From: Chlorokybus atmophyticus
Lineage: Eukaryota; Plantae; Mesostigma and Chlorokybus algae
DNA: 63,818 nucleotides
Direction: 5' to 3'
NCBI GenBank assembly: GCA_009103225.1
Contig: RHPI01003156.1
Span: forward strand, 1,395,191-1,459,008
Shown: positions 61,184 to 63,818 of the stretch, in pieces
How the letters are laid out: each line of letters starts with the position of its first letter
Position numbering within the stretch: the first letter of the stretch is position 1
Translations under genes and position numbers: made by a program
Notes under the pieces: model-generated
What the model saw: only the letters and a program-made list of their open reading frames with translations
The model's database searches: none
What the model was told of the DNA's origin: nothing

Positions 61184-63818
61184 TCACGCGTACACATGGT
61201 AGTTGCGAAACTTGCTGATGTGAGGGTAGGACCGGCCCTGCTCGCGCCAAGTATCATGATCAAGCTTGACCCAATGCATGAGCTTGCACAAGGTAAGCCT
61301 CCCAACAACTTCGCCAGTGTGGTTGTCGTTCACCCTCCAGACACCGGGCGCGATGCGTGTAAGGTAATCGACCTCAACCTGCTTGTCCTCCTCTAATATG
61401 TTCCTAACCAGAGCATACCAAGGTCCGGGATCATCCTCGTCGCAGGCGTCTTCTTGCGAGTCTTCATCCACGGCAGGTGCCTTGCGCGTGTTTGCTCTCT
61501 TACTGCGACGTGGATGCTGGGTTGCGCGTGCATTGCTGTCGTCGAGTTGCTCCTGCAACTCCATGCAGAACTCGTTTGCAGGTTCTGTGGGCAACTTCAA
61601 GTCCCAAACGGACTTGGCTTGATCGCGTATTTGCACCACCTCGCCGGCTTTAGGCCAGATGGGGACATCAACATCGCCGGCCTTGACATGCAGGTCAGGG
61701 TTCTGCAGATCATATGCTAGTTGCGGAGCTCTGTCAGCCTTGGAACCAGCTTTGGTCTGCCGATTGGGCAGCATCATGAACTTTCGCAGAAGTCTGTCAG
61801 CTGGAATACATACTTCGTCGGAGCTCAAAGCCTTCACCAGGGCCGACCTTGTGTCAAGGTCACGGTACAAGGCACCAGCTGTGTCTGTGTACATGACGTA
61901 TTGACGACCAGCAATGAAGACTTGAGGCTTCTTCTTGTAGATATGCACAAATACTTGCTTCACAGCAATGTAACTGTGGTCGTCTGTTACAACGTTATCA
62001 ATGCCTAGGGGCGACTCTGTTCTGCACAGTAGAACACAAAGCTTGGTAGCAGTCAGACAGCAAGCACAACAGCACGTGTGAGGACAACAATAGCAAGCAA
62101 TCTAACCTGTGAATCTCCCCATTAAGCAGCACAGCCTTGTAGTGGTAAGCCGTATTCTGCACGAGATGCCTAGCATCTGCTCTGATGTGCCTGCTGACCA
62201 TCTCAAACCGCTCTGAGCTTAGTGGTGTGGGTTGACCTGGCAGCTGGCCAATAAGTATGCCTCGAGCAAGAATGTCTTGTGACTCAGACCGGTGTGGACA
62301 CGTCTCAGCCTTCTTCCAGAGTTCCAAAGCCTTGCTTTGACTGGGTGCTTCGTACCAGAAACCTCCAACACCGCTGGACACGCGATGAGACCGCAACTGC
62401 AGCTGAACGCGTGTTGCAAAGACCATGCCCGTGCGCTGGTCTTCGCGCAAGACAGTAAGCAGCCGCTCGTACCACAAGCGTACGTGTCGATGTATGTAGC
62501 TGAACTCATACTCTTTCAACAAGTTGTTGTTGGTGCTGGTCTCCAAGTGATCTGAGACAGCGCGCTCAAAGACGTAGCACCAGTACACATCATGGCTGCC
62601 GTGGCGGAAGATATCGTCCAGCAGATGACCTGCTCCAGCAGCATGCTCTAGAGGTCTCAAGTTGTGGCCAAAGCATTCTTCTGAGTTGATACGCCAGTAA
62701 CGCAGTAAGCTGTCTGCCAGTCTGAGGGTGTCTTCGATCCAGCCATTGAAGCGGGAGTGGCGATAGAACAGGCAGATGAGCTTGTGTAAGGACATGAAGA
62801 CGTCGCGCATGTGCGAAGTCAGCAAGCCCGTTGTCACGTAAGGTGCAAAGTCCTGCATAAACTTCTGGTAGTCTTCTGCCTTCCACCAGCCCAGCCTGTC
62901 TGTAATCCCCTTTGGAGAGCGCCCGGATCGCATTTCCTTGATCAAGGCTGCAGTGAAGTCCTTAAGCCTGGCCTCCACCAAGGGAACATCCACCACCCTT
63001 TCGTGCGCTCCCTTTGCAAAAACTGCATGGCAGAGGCCCTTCACTAGACCTTCACACAAGGTGTGCATGACGTCGTACACCACGTCCTTGAGTGGGCTGA
63101 AGCCATAGGCATGGTAGAGGCGCCACAGTTGGCTCCTGCCTGTGACACCTGTCTCCATGCTGATCTCCAGGCTTGTGTTCCAATAGCAGGGGTAGCAGCA
63201 GTCTCCAGCTTATCAATGTTGGTCAGAGTCTCCTGTTCTTCTCTCTCGGGCCATGGATGTCTTGAGTGCATGAAGTTCTGATCGTAGCGGTAGACCTTCT
63301 TCTGGTAGGTGTTGAGCTCCACTGCTTGGGAGTTGCTAGGACCAGCTGGACCATTGCTGGTTGATGCAGCAGCACGCTTCTTGCTGGCAGGTTGCTTCTT
63401 CTTCTTCTTCGTCGTCTTCTTCTCAGCCGCCTGCTTCTTATTCCTGCTAGCAGACTTTGCCTGGCTGCTGGACTTGGAAACAGCCTTCTTGCAAGCAGAC
63501 ACCTGCTCGTCGTCGGACTCTGGAGCAGCCTTGCGTTTTACAGGCCTTTGGGCTTCTTCCATGTAGGGCTGGGCCTTACACCAGCATCTGCGGCAGCCAA
63601 AGATGCCACCATCTTTCATCTTCAGTATTTGACACTGGGCTGGGTGATCACCAGCTCAGATGAGCAGCATCGCACGCAAGCGCGTGGTAGCACTGGCTGC
63701 TTGAGAGTGCAGGTCAGGGCAAACTTCAGAGGTGGGGAGGGCATAATTGCAGGTGAAGCCCTCAAGCAGCAGTGATTCGAGCTCGTCTATAAGTGGATTC
63801 GAGCTCGTCTATAATTCG
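61184..63818 (-). pseudogene. EnSpm/CACTA-superfamily (tnp2/DUF4218-like) transposase with C-terminal BAH/SH3-like extension, disabled
   Basis: PLIDELESL; LRAMLLI*AGDHPAQ...GCRRC; GVTGRSQL..L; YDVMHTLCEG; GRSP..I...WWKAEDYQKF; HLLDDIFRHGSHDVYWCYVFER; V.LNGEIHR. Nonsense TGA at 63656-63658 and a frameshift near 63170-63200. One intron joins the 61184..61963 ORF. Confidence 0.85.
63774..63814. repeat. 19-bp direct repeat with 22-bp period inside the transposase
   Basis: GATTCGAGCTCGTCTATAA at 63774-63792 and 63796-63814. Confidence 0.9.

Larger units (their letters stand above)
55120..63818. mobile_element. Large EnSpm/CACTA-like DNA transposon with cargo genes (left boundary approximate; continues beyond the window)
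   Basis: Degenerate transposase plus two non-housekeeping multi-exon genes and repeat arrays at the left edge. Confidence 0.6.

Overview
Eukaryotic nuclear DNA from a green-lineage organism, probably an alga. Basis: spliceosomal introns, a chloroplast ZKT/MET1-type gene and plant-like telo-box promoters; the lineage is inference. The standard code is used (RPS29, RPL18a and ZKT end in TAA at their conserved C-termini). The window has three zones. (1) About 1-11.8 kb: a large composite DNA transposon. It holds a Plavaka-type transposase C-terminal domain, an apparently intact 3-exon Cys/His-finger + Tudor + phage-type C5 DNA methyltransferase gene, a Zn-finger/OTU-like/RING gene, an intact 7-exon orphan gene, and terminal tandem repeats with a 39-bp palindrome. 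A Ty1/copia 5' LTR-PBS-gag and an assembly gap lie at its left. (2) About 16-54 kb: a gene-dense host block, mostly head-to-head pairs: LRR-hemolysin III fusion/RPS29, TAF7/UBE2W, ADIP-like+EF-hand/SURF1, ZKT, a GAR1 fragment, symplekin/BSD-domain gene, Ada-like alkyltransferase/RPL18a. It also carries two non-LTR retrotransposon 3' fragments. (3) About 55-63.8 kb: a degenerate EnSpm/CACTA-like transposon with cargo genes (SAM + Cys/His finger; BED finger + WW-like + coiled coil), a 26-bp hairpin-repeat array and a (TTAGGG)n tract. All domain calls come from motif recognition by eye; no database search was run.
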